This document shows, one piece after another, positions 17,689 to 25,745 of a DNA stretch of 39,064 nt. Within the stretch, counting starts at the first letter, position 1. Each line of letters starts with the position of its first letter. The notes beneath the pieces were generated by a model. It searched no databases. It was not told the DNA's origin and worked only from the letters and a program-made list of their open reading frames with translations. A program made the translations under genes and the position numbers. The stretch is from a virus (Duplodnaviria; Caudoviricetes), in the IMG/VR virus record IMGVR_UViG_3300023174_000339, positions 1-39,064 of that record; one strand, 5' to 3'.

Positions 17689-18605
17689 TATTTCACCGAC
17701 AATCTCATTGATGGTTCGCCTTGCTTCTTAGGAACGAAACCTAACGCTTCTTCAACGGCTTTCTCGTCAATAGACTGTCGCCCTGCGATTTGAGTCCATT
17801 TAACAATATTGCCATTTGGAGTAACACCATCAACGCCTTCTAAGTGCGATTTGATGCCATCTTGTTCCGCTTCTAATTCTTTTATTTGTCCAGATAGCGT
17901 TATGTACCGTTCAATAGCGGAAACAGTTTGATTATCTGTAATTGTAGTTTCCGCTACTTCTTTTCCCTTGCCACCACAAGTTTCACCGTAATATGAACAG
18001 TAGAATTTGCAGAATTGTGCGGCGTATCTTTCTGGTGCTGGCGCAGTATCCATATCTTGCACTTCGCGTAACCACTTCAAACCTTCAAGTGCCACCGCTT
18101 CGTTGTATTCCTCTGTGTGCAATTTGATATTGCGTTCATCACCATCTCGCGGAATACCCACAAGAGTTACGGTTTTAGGACTATTACCATTTTTTGCTAG
18201 TAGATACGCGTATAACTGCACTTGTGTGCGTTGTTGTGTGCTTGGAAAATAAGTTAAATTTTTCAATTTAGTGGTTTTCCAATCCACAACTGCGCCTACG
18301 CTTGGAATATACAAGTCAATATGACCTTTCAAACCGTCATATTCAACTTCTTCTTCCAACCAGTAATCACCCCAATTAGCCGCATTATCTTTCACTAATG
18401 CTTCTTCAATCATTTTGTGAATAGCAGTACCCATAAGTGCAGGTAGTTTGAGTGTTTCATTTGTCTTTGGTGTGTCTTGTATTTGTAACCATACTTGCTT
18501 ACGACAACCGCCGATTTGAGATACCCCAATTTGTTTTTGTTGCGAGCGCTCGCGGTTGTTATCGTATGTTGTTAATGCTTTCATTAACATTTCATCTATT
18601 TGCAT
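17688..18605 (-). CDS. PD-(D/E)XK exonuclease (RecB/Cas4-like)
   Basis: GTAIH, GHIDLY, VVDWKT, QVQLY and Cys cluster C...CKFYCSY...C. Confidence 0.88.
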   Translation of the reverse strand: MQIDEMLMKALTTYDNNRERSQQKQIGVSQIGGCRKQVWLQIQDTPKTNETLKLPALMGTAIHKMIEEALVKDNAANWGDYWLEEEVEYDGLKGHIDLYIPSVGAVVDWKTTKLKNLTYFPSTQQRTQVQLYAYLLAKNGNSPKTVTLVGIPRDGDERNIKLHTEEYNEAVALEGLKWLREVQDMDTAPAPERYAAQFCKFYCSYYGETCGGKGKEVAETTITDNQTVSAIERYITLSGQIKELEAEQDGIKSHLEGVDGVTPNGNIVKWTQIAGRQSIDEKAVEEALGFVPKKQGEPSMRLSVK

Positions 18606-18724
18606 TATTTTCTCCCTTTGCATGTATCTGGGCAATCGCCGCAACAGTTGCAGCAAGCCGATTTGGTTGTAGTTGATTCAAAATGCGTTGCGGTATCTCC
18701 GCAAATAATGCATTCATCTGCCAT
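18605..18724 (-). CDS. Cys-rich microprotein (39 aa, 8 Cys)
   Basis: MADECIICGDTATHFESTTTKSACCNCCGDCPDTCKGRK; AAGGGG RBS; TAATG coupling. Confidence 0.7.
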   Translation of the reverse strand: MADECIICGDTATHFESTTTKSACCNCCGDCPDTCKGRK

Positions 18725-18734
18725 TTTTATCCCC

Positions 18735-19073
18735 TTATATCTCTAGTGAAGCCCTAACGGAAGTTCCGATAGAGCGTGCAATATCCACTTGTGTGCGGAT
18801 ACGCGTTGAATTTGCTCTGGCGGCTTTTACAACCGCCTCTGCTTGATTAAGCGCCTTATATTGTTCTTGGCAAACAATTAACGCATAATCTTGTACATCT
18901 TGAACACGCATTTTTTCAGTAGATAACTTCATACGAGAATGTGCCATTTCAATCTCGTAATCTGCTTTTGCTTTGTGATATGAGTGTTCTGCCTGTTCAA
19001 GAAAATCGTGTGCATCATCAACTTCTTTAGATAATGATGCAAGCCTATTTTCTATTGCTTGTGGTGTAACCAT
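18735..19073 (-). CDS. Hypothetical coiled-coil protein in the recombination cluster
   Basis: 112 aa, helical; AAAGG RBS. Confidence 0.75.
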   Translation of the reverse strand: MVTPQAIENRLASLSKEVDDAHDFLEQAEHSYHKAKADYEIEMAHSRMKLSTEKMRVQDVQDYALIVCQEQYKALNQAEAVVKAARANSTRIRTQVDIARSIGTSVRASLEI

Positions 19074-19182
19074 TGGATTTTGCCTTTCCGGAATTCCCGC
19101 AAACCGTGCATTGTGCTAACTCATTTTCTTTCCAGTTAGCGCAATACCAGCAACGGTACGGTTCATTATTTATTAGAGTCAT
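19045..19182 (-). CDS. Small zinc-ribbon protein (45 aa)
   Basis: Hand-translated MTLINNEPYRCWYC...CTVCG; overlaps both neighbours. Confidence 0.55.
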   Translation of the reverse strand: MTLINNEPYRCWYCANWKENELAQCTVCGNSGKAKSNGYTTSNRK

Positions 19183-19402
19183 TTCGGGCAATTCCCACAA
19201 TGATTATTAGTGCTTCATCTTCTGAAAAACCAGCCATAATTAAATTTCCGTACAGTTCAAATAACTTGTCTGGCGGAATTGAGATTAACGGTTCGTCAGA
19301 TTTGTTTTTAACAGTTACGCTTTTACTTGTAATAGTTGTTTTTGTTCCAATTTTAGAAACCAAATCCAACCAACTTTCATTGCTATTCTTATCTGTTCTC
19401 AT
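19166..19402 (-). CDS. Hypothetical protein
   Basis: 78 aa, AGGAG RBS, LIMAGFSEDEAL. Confidence 0.7.
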   Translation of the reverse strand: MRTDKNSNESWLDLVSKIGTKTTITSKSVTVKNKSDEPLISIPPDKLFELYGNLIMAGFSEDEALIIIVGIARNDSNK

Positions 19403-19728
19403 TATTTTCTCCTAATTGTTCTAAGTTCAAATACATTTGCCCATTGTGGGTTTTCGTCAATTATTAACCGTGAGTAATAAGGTGCATAATTGTTATTTAT
19501 CTTGAAATCGGAATTAGGGTCATCAGTTTCCATGTAATAATTCCAACGCAGTACTTCAAATAGCATATTTATGCCAATTCTGCGCCGACCCCGATTTACA
19601 AGTTCAGCAGTCATAGACTTTAGCGCCGAATACACCTGCGGATTATTTGCGTGAAACTGTGCAAATCGTTCCGCAGGTGTTAATTCGGTACTGAAATCAA
19701 GTTCCATGAAGAAACTTGTATTATCCAT
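19402..19728 (-). CDS. Phage hypothetical protein
   Basis: FHANNPQVY...FEVLRW...FKINNNYAPYYSR; start MDNTS. Confidence 0.75.
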   Translation of the reverse strand: MDNTSFFMELDFSTELTPAERFAQFHANNPQVYSALKSMTAELVNRGRRRIGINMLFEVLRWNYYMETDDPNSDFKINNNYAPYYSRLIIDENPQWANVFELRTIRRK

Positions 19729-20521
19729 TTGCCTTTTCGCCTTCAAGAAATGCTTTTCTCTCCATAACTTCTGCACGGAGAGTAGTCAATTGCTTTGTAG
19801 CGCGGTCTGGAAATTCATTATCCAGTTCATTTTTGTAATCGTTGAACAACTTACGCAACGATTCCAAATCTGTTAATTTCTTGATGGTTTCTGCCGTATC
19901 TTGATAGTTTGCCACCATATGTGGTGTATCAACTGGTTTTGGTTCAGGTATTTCAACAACTGCACTTACTGGCGCAATCGGTGAACCTGCCTGTTCCATT
20001 TCCTCGGCGGTGTAAATACCAGATAGGTCGTTAGGAAACGCCTTTCTGAGTGCTAACGCTTCTGCGCATTTAGCAATCATCAAATCAGGCATTTTTTTCC
20101 ATATCGGGCTATTTGCGTTGTAACCGTCAAATTTAGCGACCGACCAAAGTGGTTCAACGAACCCCTTGCGCAATACGCCAACCTTTGCCGCCAGAGGCGG
20201 TGTCTTTTCCAGCCAAATGTCTGTCCAAGCGCCATCTTCACCGCACCAATACGGCCCGACTTGTCCAGCATATTCACCAGAGCGTTGTGCAACTATTCGC
20301 AGTCCGTCAATAGATGCTTGAATGGTGAACCTGCCACCGCGTTCAATCATATACAACTGGCGTGCAAACGGGTCAAGCCCTGTTCGTTGTGCATAATGAA
20401 GAAATACTGCTAAATCTCCATTACTGGCGTTTGTTAGCCCTAGTTGTTTCAACGCGGCTAACTGTTTTGTATCCCACATCTGTTGGTCAGGATTGACCGC
20501 CAGAGCCGATTTATTTTCCAT
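19721..20521 (-). CDS. bet: RecT/Bet (Red-beta-like) single-strand annealing recombinase
   Basis: GLDPFARQLY, SIDGLRIVAQRSGEYAG and WKKMPDLMIAKCAEALALRKAFP. Confidence 0.92.
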   Translation of the reverse strand: MENKSALAVNPDQQMWDTKQLAALKQLGLTNASNGDLAVFLHYAQRTGLDPFARQLYMIERGGRFTIQASIDGLRIVAQRSGEYAGQVGPYWCGEDGAWTDIWLEKTPPLAAKVGVLRKGFVEPLWSVAKFDGYNANSPIWKKMPDLMIAKCAEALALRKAFPNDLSGIYTAEEMEQAGSPIAPVSAVVEIPEPKPVDTPHMVANYQDTAETIKKLTDLESLRKLFNDYKNELDNEFPDRATKQLTTLRAEVMERKAFLEGEKANG

Positions 20522-20713
20522 TTATGCCTTCTCTCTTGCTAGTCGGACACGCAATACTGTTGGATTTAGATTTGCCGCCGAGAGTGCGGTGGTTACTTCC
20601 ATTTCCGCTATATCGCGTATCTCTTTTGATAGTGCAGAACCCTTCAATTTTTCAACTGAGGATTTTGGTGTCGGTATTTCTACTGCCACCAGTATTTTTA
20701 CTGTGTTTGCCAT
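20522..20713 (-). CDS. Hypothetical protein (63 aa)
   Basis: AGGAAGG RBS; abuts bet. Confidence 0.7.
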   Translation of the reverse strand: MANTVKILVAVEIPTPKSSVEKLKGSALSKEIRDIAEMEVTTALSAANLNPTVLRVRLAREKA

Positions 20714-20766
20714 TGTGTTGCCTTCCTGTTATTTATTTTGCAAACAATTTGTCTGCAAAATGCGTG

Positions 20767-20788
20767 CGGATTAAAGTTTTGCCTACTT
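20767..20788 (-). promoter_or_regulatory. 22-bp repeated motif, copy 1
   Basis: + strand CGGATTAAAGTTTTGCCTACTT; consensus CGGATTARANNNNTGCCTACTT. Confidence 0.8.
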
Positions 20789-20998
20789 CCATTCAATAAT
20801 GCAACCACTTTCATTGCAGTACCAAAAGAAATGAATTGCAAATTGATAAAGAAGAAACCCACCTAAGATTGCAATTGCAAATAGGACACGCCTACCGCGT
20901 TTGTTCAATTTAAGTGGGTTTGAATTAAGAGTATTTACAGTCAATACCGATATTGCGGTGATTAAAGAAAATGAGATGCCTAATACGGTGTTTATCAT
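20783..20998 (-). CDS. Small two-TM membrane protein
   Basis: Two hydrophobic stretches; GGAGG RBS. Confidence 0.7.
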   Translation of the reverse strand: MINTVLGISFSLITAISVLTVNTLNSNPLKLNKRGRRVLFAIAILGGFLLYQFAIHFFWYCNESGCIIEWK

Positions 20999-21019
20999 TT
21001 GGGTTTGCCTCCATTAACT

Positions 21020-21048
21020 AGATTAAACGATTTATTTGTTGAGTTCAA
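21020..21048 (-). promoter_or_regulatory. Sigma70-like promoter for the recombination/replication operon
   Basis: TTGAAC-17 nt-TAATCT on the - strand, upstream of the GGAGG RBS. Confidence 0.6.
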
Positions 21049-21060
21049 GTAATTAAAAGT

Positions 21061-21189
21061 GCAAGTCGCGTATCTATTTATTGTTATGCCTAATAGTAAA
21101 AACACGCCTTGCAGACGATTAGGCGGTTTGGCACTTGTTGGGGTTACTTAACTATTACCCGACTTGTACCAAACCGCCTAGCGACTTGC
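21061..21189 (-). other. Multi-stem structured intergenic element after DUF932
   Basis: Outer GCAAGTCGC/GCGACTTGC; inner TAGGCGGTTTGG/CCAAACCGCCTA. Confidence 0.6.
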
Positions 21190-21195
21190 TATGAC

Positions 21196-22206
21196 TTATA
21201 GAAGATTCAAGATTTTGTTCTTGAAGTTATCTCCTGCGCCAGTAACAATACGGATAGCCCTTGCAGTATCTGGGTTTTTATCGCGTACTGGTTTAGCCCA
21301 GTCTGAGTACTCAGTAAAGGCGTTATATGCCGCCCACTTTGTACCGCTAATGTTGGCTTGTGTTGGTGCTTTCCACAAACCGTTGAGTGTTCCGCGTGCA
21401 GTTTCCGCCATAGTTACTGCGCGTGGACTTTCAGGGTCATCAATTGGAAATACATTTTCAACTAATGAATAAAATTCCTTATCAGACATTTTCTGACTAA
21501 GAAGATTATTTGCTAACTCTTCAAATGACTCTGTGTATTTCCAAGTCAATTTAAGTGTTTCGCGTGCAACTTGAATTTTGCTATCTACATTCGGAGTATG
21601 TCGTAATGTGAAAGTAGATTTAGCATCGTGAATTGCGGCAGTTAAAGTGTTCTGGCAAACCACGCGGATAGGGGTAACTAGAACATTGAACGATGAAGTG
21701 CCATCGTGTGTGTTCCACGCCATCAAATATAAATCAATAGCATCTACGCCACCAATTTGCAATCCTTCTGGCATTTTCATAGTCATAAAGACTTTTTTAC
21801 CGTTATCAATACTGCCAGCAGTTTCAAATACGGCGCCACTTTCATCGGCGACTGCATTTAGAAACGAAAATGCTTGCAGATTTTGTACTGGTGTGTAACG
21901 GTTACCCACAACGCCAAGTGCTTGCGCCTTTTTTGTCTTTGGGTGATAGCGATAAGTCATAAACTTATCTGCATATGTGATTTCTTCCATTGAGCCTTGT
22001 TCCATAGCGGTTTTACCAAACATTGGAACCATTGTTGATACTGGGTCATCAGATTTGATAACTTGCCAGTCCAGTTGTGCAGTTTTTAGCGCATCTTCTG
22101 CGGTTAATGCGCCTTCTGTAACGGTGCCTAGTTTGTGCCAAGCGACCTCGCGTGCGGAAAAGAAGGCGGAAGTTCCATCTTCAAATTCCTCTAGTCTGTG
22201 TGCCAT
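21196..22206 (-). CDS. DUF932-family protein
   Basis: AWHKLG, FETAGSI, HDGTSS, TPIRVVCQNTL, RHT and GTKWAAYNAFTEY. Confidence 0.9.
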   Translation of the reverse strand: MAHRLEEFEDGTSAFFSAREVAWHKLGTVTEGALTAEDALKTAQLDWQVIKSDDPVSTMVPMFGKTAMEQGSMEEITYADKFMTYRYHPKTKKAQALGVVGNRYTPVQNLQAFSFLNAVADESGAVFETAGSIDNGKKVFMTMKMPEGLQIGGVDAIDLYLMAWNTHDGTSSFNVLVTPIRVVCQNTLTAAIHDAKSTFTLRHTPNVDSKIQVARETLKLTWKYTESFEELANNLLSQKMSDKEFYSLVENVFPIDDPESPRAVTMAETARGTLNGLWKAPTQANISGTKWAAYNAFTEYSDWAKPVRDKNPDTARAIRIVTGAGDNFKNKILNLL

Positions 22207-22529
22207 TATGCGTTTATCCCTTCGGTTGTGTTTGTTGTTGGTTTGTTTAACTCGGCGGCAACGGCTAATGCAATTGCATAACTATCACCGACGAATGCTG
22301 GAAACGGTACGGAAATAAAACTTGTACCGTGTTTCATTGAGTCTGCATACCACTTAATCCACTTTGACCAGTTAATAACTAAATACTGATCTGCGGTGCA
22401 ATATCCTTTGGATACGCAAGCATCGTGATAAAAACTGGTTGGGTTAATTGTTAGCCAAGTATCTGACTCAGTTATTTCCGTTTCTGTTTTAACGGTAACT
22501 GTTATTGTTTTTGTATTAGTCATTATCAT
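22206..22529 (-). CDS. Hypothetical protein
   Basis: 107 aa ORF coupled to DUF932. Confidence 0.65.
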   Translation of the reverse strand: MIMTNTKTITVTVKTETEITESDTWLTINPTSFYHDACVSKGYCTADQYLVINWSKWIKWYADSMKHGTSFISVPFPAFVGDSYAIALAVAAELNKPTTNTTEGINA

Positions 22530-22950
22530 TTACCTCAAAATCTTCAATTTCAAATGACTCAGATGTTTGTTCAATATTGTCATCAGTTATATTTGATGAG
22601 ATTTTAATATCAAAATCACCTTCGCTAAAGTCTGACTCATCATATGTAAGTGGAACATTGAATTCATATTCACAAACTGCGGCAAATGTAACCTTGACGG
22701 ATTTAGTAAGTTCCATATCAAGATCAGCGGCTAACTTAATTAAATCCTTGGTATCAATATCTTTTGCTATAATATGTTCTTTAAGAAATTCCTCAACTTT
22801 GTCGTATAACTCAACATATTGATTTTTAAGATTTTCTTTCGTTGATGCAAGTGTTTGAATACGGTCAATATATGTATCAACCGTATCTTTTAATCGTTTA
22901 TTTTCTTCTTGTAGTGTTTCTATTGTTACTGGTGTTGTTTCTTCAGTCAT
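22516..22950 (-). CDS. Acidic hypothetical protein with N-terminal coiled coil
   Basis: 144 aa, AAGGGA RBS; first gene after hammerhead 1. Confidence 0.75.
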   Translation of the reverse strand: MTEETTPVTIETLQEENKRLKDTVDTYIDRIQTLASTKENLKNQYVELYDKVEEFLKEHIIAKDIDTKDLIKLAADLDMELTKSVKVTFAAVCEYEFNVPLTYDESDFSEGDFDIKISSNITDDNIEQTSESFEIEDFEVNDND

Positions 22951-22977
22951 TTTTTATCCCTTTGCTATTTGCTGATG

Positions 22978-23064
22978 AGGCTCATCAGTAGTGCCATTTA
23001 GCACTAGACACGGTAAAATGCGTGCGGATTAAAAATCTGCCTACTTTTTTACCGTGTTTCGCCT
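22978..23064 (-). ncRNA. Type II hammerhead ribozyme (HH1)
   Basis: - strand: AGGC-GAAA-CACGGTAAAA[28-nt loop]TTTTACCGTG-TC^-TAGTGC[TAAATG]GCACTA-CTGATGA-GCCT. Complete core and all three stems; predicted cut between 23007 and 23006. Confidence 0.9.
23025..23046 (-). promoter_or_regulatory. 22-bp repeated motif, copy 2 (in the HH1 stem III loop)
   Basis: + strand CGGATTAAAAATCTGCCTACTT. Confidence 0.8.
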
Positions 23065-23292
23065 TCAAATATGCGATTTGTGTATGGCGTATTGCCCTAA
23101 TCTATTAGCGGTAATAAGTAACTGGTCTGCTACTTGCATTGCTAATGAATAGTTATCTGTCCGAATTGCGTTTTCAAATACTTCACCAGCCAATTCAATA
23201 AATGCAAAGTCTGCATCTATATTATTAACGGGTTGCAATTCCGGGCATTGAGGACATTCTGTGTTCCGTATCTTAATTATTTTCGCAGTCAT
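23065..23292 (-). CDS. Hypothetical protein (75 aa)
   Basis: AAGGAG RBS; its stop codon abuts HH1. Confidence 0.7.
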   Translation of the reverse strand: MTAKIIKIRNTECPQCPELQPVNNIDADFAFIELAGEVFENAIRTDNYSLAMQVADQLLITANRLGQYAIHKSHI

Positions 23293-23364
23293 AATTTGTC
23301 TCCTTATCGTTGATTGAAATGTGATAACAAATTCTGTTACCAGTTATTGTGCATATTGAACAGG

Positions 23365-23571
23365 TCATAGGACTGTTACCCATCTGCGTGCCGCGTTGCA
23401 AAGATTGTCGTAATCACCAGACATACTGTCCATTGTGTATTGACTAATCTCTTCCTTAGTTGCGCCAGCCCTTTTGAGTGCTTTTGAAACTGCACCCATA
23501 ATCTCAAACGCATTTTCAGTAAGTGTTAGATGTACTACTGCTTGTGGATATTTTGGTGTTATTGTGTTCAT
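23365..23571 (-). CDS. Phage hypothetical protein (68 aa)
   Basis: NAFEIMGAVSKALKRAG...SMSGDYDNL; GGGAG RBS. Confidence 0.8.
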   Translation of the reverse strand: MNTITPKYPQAVVHLTLTENAFEIMGAVSKALKRAGATKEEISQYTMDSMSGDYDNLCNAARRWVTVL

Positions 23572-23894
23572 TTGTTTCTCCCTTTTGTATAGTCCTTTGT
23601 GAACATTTCTGACTTTCTTGTTGCGGTTTTTGAACAGTAGATATCAACGCCCGCTTTTACGCCCATTTGCACAATAGGAATTAACTCATCTTCGGTAAAA
23701 TAACCGAGCGCAATTAACTCTTGATGCGCAATTTGCTTGTAGTGGTCGCCGTACCCATATTGAAACGGAAGTACGGAAACGATTTCTCCGTCAACCCATA
23801 TTCGTGCAGAGAAATATGAATTGCCGTATGTGGTATCTGTCCACTCTCTTGCTTCAATAAAGACAGACCGTGCAACTAACTGTGTATTAACCAT
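23568..23894 (-). CDS. Phage hypothetical protein (108 aa)
   Basis: WTDTTYGNSYFS...PFQYGYGDHY; GGAG RBS. Confidence 0.8.
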   Translation of the reverse strand: MVNTQLVARSVFIEAREWTDTTYGNSYFSARIWVDGEIVSVLPFQYGYGDHYKQIAHQELIALGYFTEDELIPIVQMGVKAGVDIYCSKTATRKSEMFTKDYTKGRNK

Positions 23895-24318
23895 TGTTAT
23901 CTCCCTTTAGTAGTTGTGCCATAGTTACCAAAGCGCCGTAATACGCCGCCTTGATTTCATCTGATGTAACTTCATATTTTGATTGTTCGTTGTATCGCTC
24001 TATTCTTTTTAACCACTTAGTAATTGGCATTGTAAGAACATTTGTAGAAAGACCGATACGCTTTTCAATATCACCAAATGAAATTGGGTAACTTTCACTT
24101 TCATTTGTATCGTTATTGAATTTAGAAACAAGCGGTGTAAATAACTCCACCACTTTTGTTCGTGCGTAGAATTGAACGGCATTTTTTGCGGTAATACTGC
24201 CCATATCTACATGCATTGTTGTCCAGATAAGTGCGTTTGTAATTGCCCACTCACCGTTTTCTTCTTCTTGTAACGCTTCCATATTCTTGCAGTTTGTGAT
24301 ATCCCAATCAAGTGACAT
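23887..24318 (-). CDS. Hypothetical protein (143 aa)
   Basis: MSLDWD...RIGLSTNV; AAGGGAG RBS. Confidence 0.75.
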   Translation of the reverse strand: MSLDWDITNCKNMEALQEEENGEWAITNALIWTTMHVDMGSITAKNAVQFYARTKVVELFTPLVSKFNNDTNESESYPISFGDIEKRIGLSTNVLTMPITKWLKRIERYNEQSKYEVTSDEIKAAYYGALVTMAQLLKGDNNG

Positions 24319-24370
24319 TTTATTCTCCCTTTGTTAGTTGTTTGTGTTATTTGTTGATGTTGCATACTTG

Positions 24371-24392
24371 CGGATTAGATTTTTGCCTACTT
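24371..24392 (-). promoter_or_regulatory. 22-bp repeated motif, copy 3
   Basis: + strand CGGATTAGATTTTTGCCTACTT, flanked by TTGCA/TGCAA. Confidence 0.8.
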
Positions 24393-24413
24393 TTGCAATT
24401 GTTTTTGCTGATC

Positions 24414-24836
24414 TTAACAATCTGCGCAATCACAACTTGCGTTATTTGTATTTTGTAGTTCTTTTTGAAATGTACTCCAAGTATCTTGAAGTCCTTTCTT
24501 TGACTTGCTTAGATTTTCATTAGTCGTTACTTGACCAAAGAAAACATCTGCAATATCTTTTGCTGATTTGAAGTATTCTGCGCCGATAAAATCACCGAAC
24601 CCATATCCTTCATCATCGTTGTAACTCCAACCACCATCTGCTTCACCGAAGTTGATAGTGTAAATAAAATCTGGGTGGTCAATTTGTATATATCCGCCCC
24701 AGACTATTTCTGCTTTTGTTACTTTCCATGTTTCTCCAAGTTGAACAGTTGCAGAACCAAATGTTGGTAAATCTGTTTCTGTTCGTGGGTCATATTCAGT
24801 TATTGCTTTTGCTATTTCTTCTAGTGTTATTGCCAT
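24414..24836 (-). CDS. Hypothetical protein ending in CDCADC
   Basis: Start MAITL after an AAGGGA RBS. Confidence 0.75.
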   Translation of the reverse strand: MAITLEEIAKAITEYDPRTETDLPTFGSATVQLGETWKVTKAEIVWGGYIQIDHPDFIYTINFGEADGGWSYNDDEGYGFGDFIGAEYFKSAKDIADVFFGQVTTNENLSKSKKGLQDTWSTFQKELQNTNNASCDCADC

Positions 24837-24872
24837 TTGTTTATCCCTTTGTTTGTAGTTAATTTGCACTTA

Positions 24873-24894
24873 CGGATTAAATTTTTGCCTACTT
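24873..24894 (-). promoter_or_regulatory. 22-bp repeated motif, copy 4
   Basis: + strand CGGATTAAATTTTTGCCTACTT, flanked by TTGCA/TGCAA. Confidence 0.8.
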
Positions 24895-24895
24895 T

Positions 24896-25072
24896 TTATG
24901 CAATTTTTTTGCCTGTATATGTGGTCATATACTTGCTTTTTGTAACTGTGTATTCAATTACTCGGACTTTGTGTTTGTGCTTACCGAGTAAATCTTTTGC
25001 TTCTTTTGCGGTTTTCTTATCTGCGGTTTTCCAACCACAGTTGCAGAAAGCCTTATATACTTTTTTGTCCAT
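24896..25072 (-). CDS. Small basic protein (58 aa) with CxC...HxH
   Basis: Hand-translated MDKKVYKAFCNCGW...KHKH; AAGGGAG RBS; first ORF after HH2. Confidence 0.75.
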   Translation of the reverse strand: MDKKVYKAFCNCGWKTADKKTAKEAKDLLGKHKHKVRVIEYTVTKSKYMTTYTGKKIA

Positions 25073-25095
25073 TTTGTATCTCCCTTTTTATGTGA

Positions 25096-25170
25096 TAGGC
25101 GTACCATCATCAGTAACCGTTGCCTAAGCGGTTAGACGGCGCTTACTTTTAGTGCAAGCGCCGTTTCGGA
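25096..25170 (-). ncRNA. Type II hammerhead ribozyme (HH2) with loop I pseudoknot
   Basis: - strand: CC-GAAA-CGGCGCTTGC[ACTAAAA]GTAAGCGCCG-TC^-TAACCG[CTTAGGCAA]CGGTTA-CTGATGA-T-GG, then GCCTA, which is complementary to loop I TAGGC. Predicted cut between 25135 and 25134. Stem II is minimal. Confidence 0.82.
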
Positions 25171-25740
25171 AATTGTTTGTCCCTAGTTATTTGAATTGTG
25201 CAAATACCAAGATCATTGAGTTGAACTTGATACCGCTATCGGTGTGCCAAACCGACCTCTGAGATAAATTCTCCATGCCGACTTCCGCCTTATTTGGAGT
25301 GCGCTGATTAGCAACTACTGTGGGTGCCTTTGTCTGCCACTTTCTAGGACTTACCCGTTGCGTGCGTTCCCTTATTTGCGTGTCATAACTTTTTGCAATG
25401 TGTTATATCTACTAATTGCGTACCTTGTAGAATACCGAAAGTCTGCCTAATTAGTGTTAGTGTGATTAACAGCGACTAACAGATTGTGCTGGCTATAATT
25501 CGGACTTGCAATTTGTTACTGGATACTCTGAACGGTGCAAATTAAATAACGAAATTTGCGTTCCGTTTATATCTCCTATGTATCAATATCTACTTATTTT
25601 CCTCGCCAGAGCGGTGCGGTGCGTAAGCGTTAATCCGATGCCTTCACCGAGGTTTTTGTAGATATTTAGTTGTAAATGTTCTAGTAGGTAAATTACTTGG
25701 GTTGTATTCGTACGAATGGACGACCCGTTAATAAACTACC
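25135..25740 (-). ncRNA. Candidate large (~600 nt) structured non-coding RNA
   Basis: No credible ORF. Many helices (AATATCTAC/GTAGATATT, CCTCG/CGAGG, AACGG..GCAAATT/AATTTGC..CCGTT, GTTAGT/ACTAAC, ACTAATT/AATTAGT, TCGGT/ACCGA). Bounded by a candidate promoter and HH2. Confidence 0.55.
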
Positions 25741-25745
25741 CTTCA

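Noticed and set aside
17688-18605. Cas4 as evidence of a CRISPR system
   Set aside because: It is a stand-alone PD-(D/E)XK nuclease near bet, the usual exonuclease partner of a phage recombinase.
22971-22989. Plus-strand hammerhead from the second CTGATGAG
   Set aside because: No suitably placed GAAA or stems on the plus strand; it is the mirror of the minus-strand anti-core hairpin.
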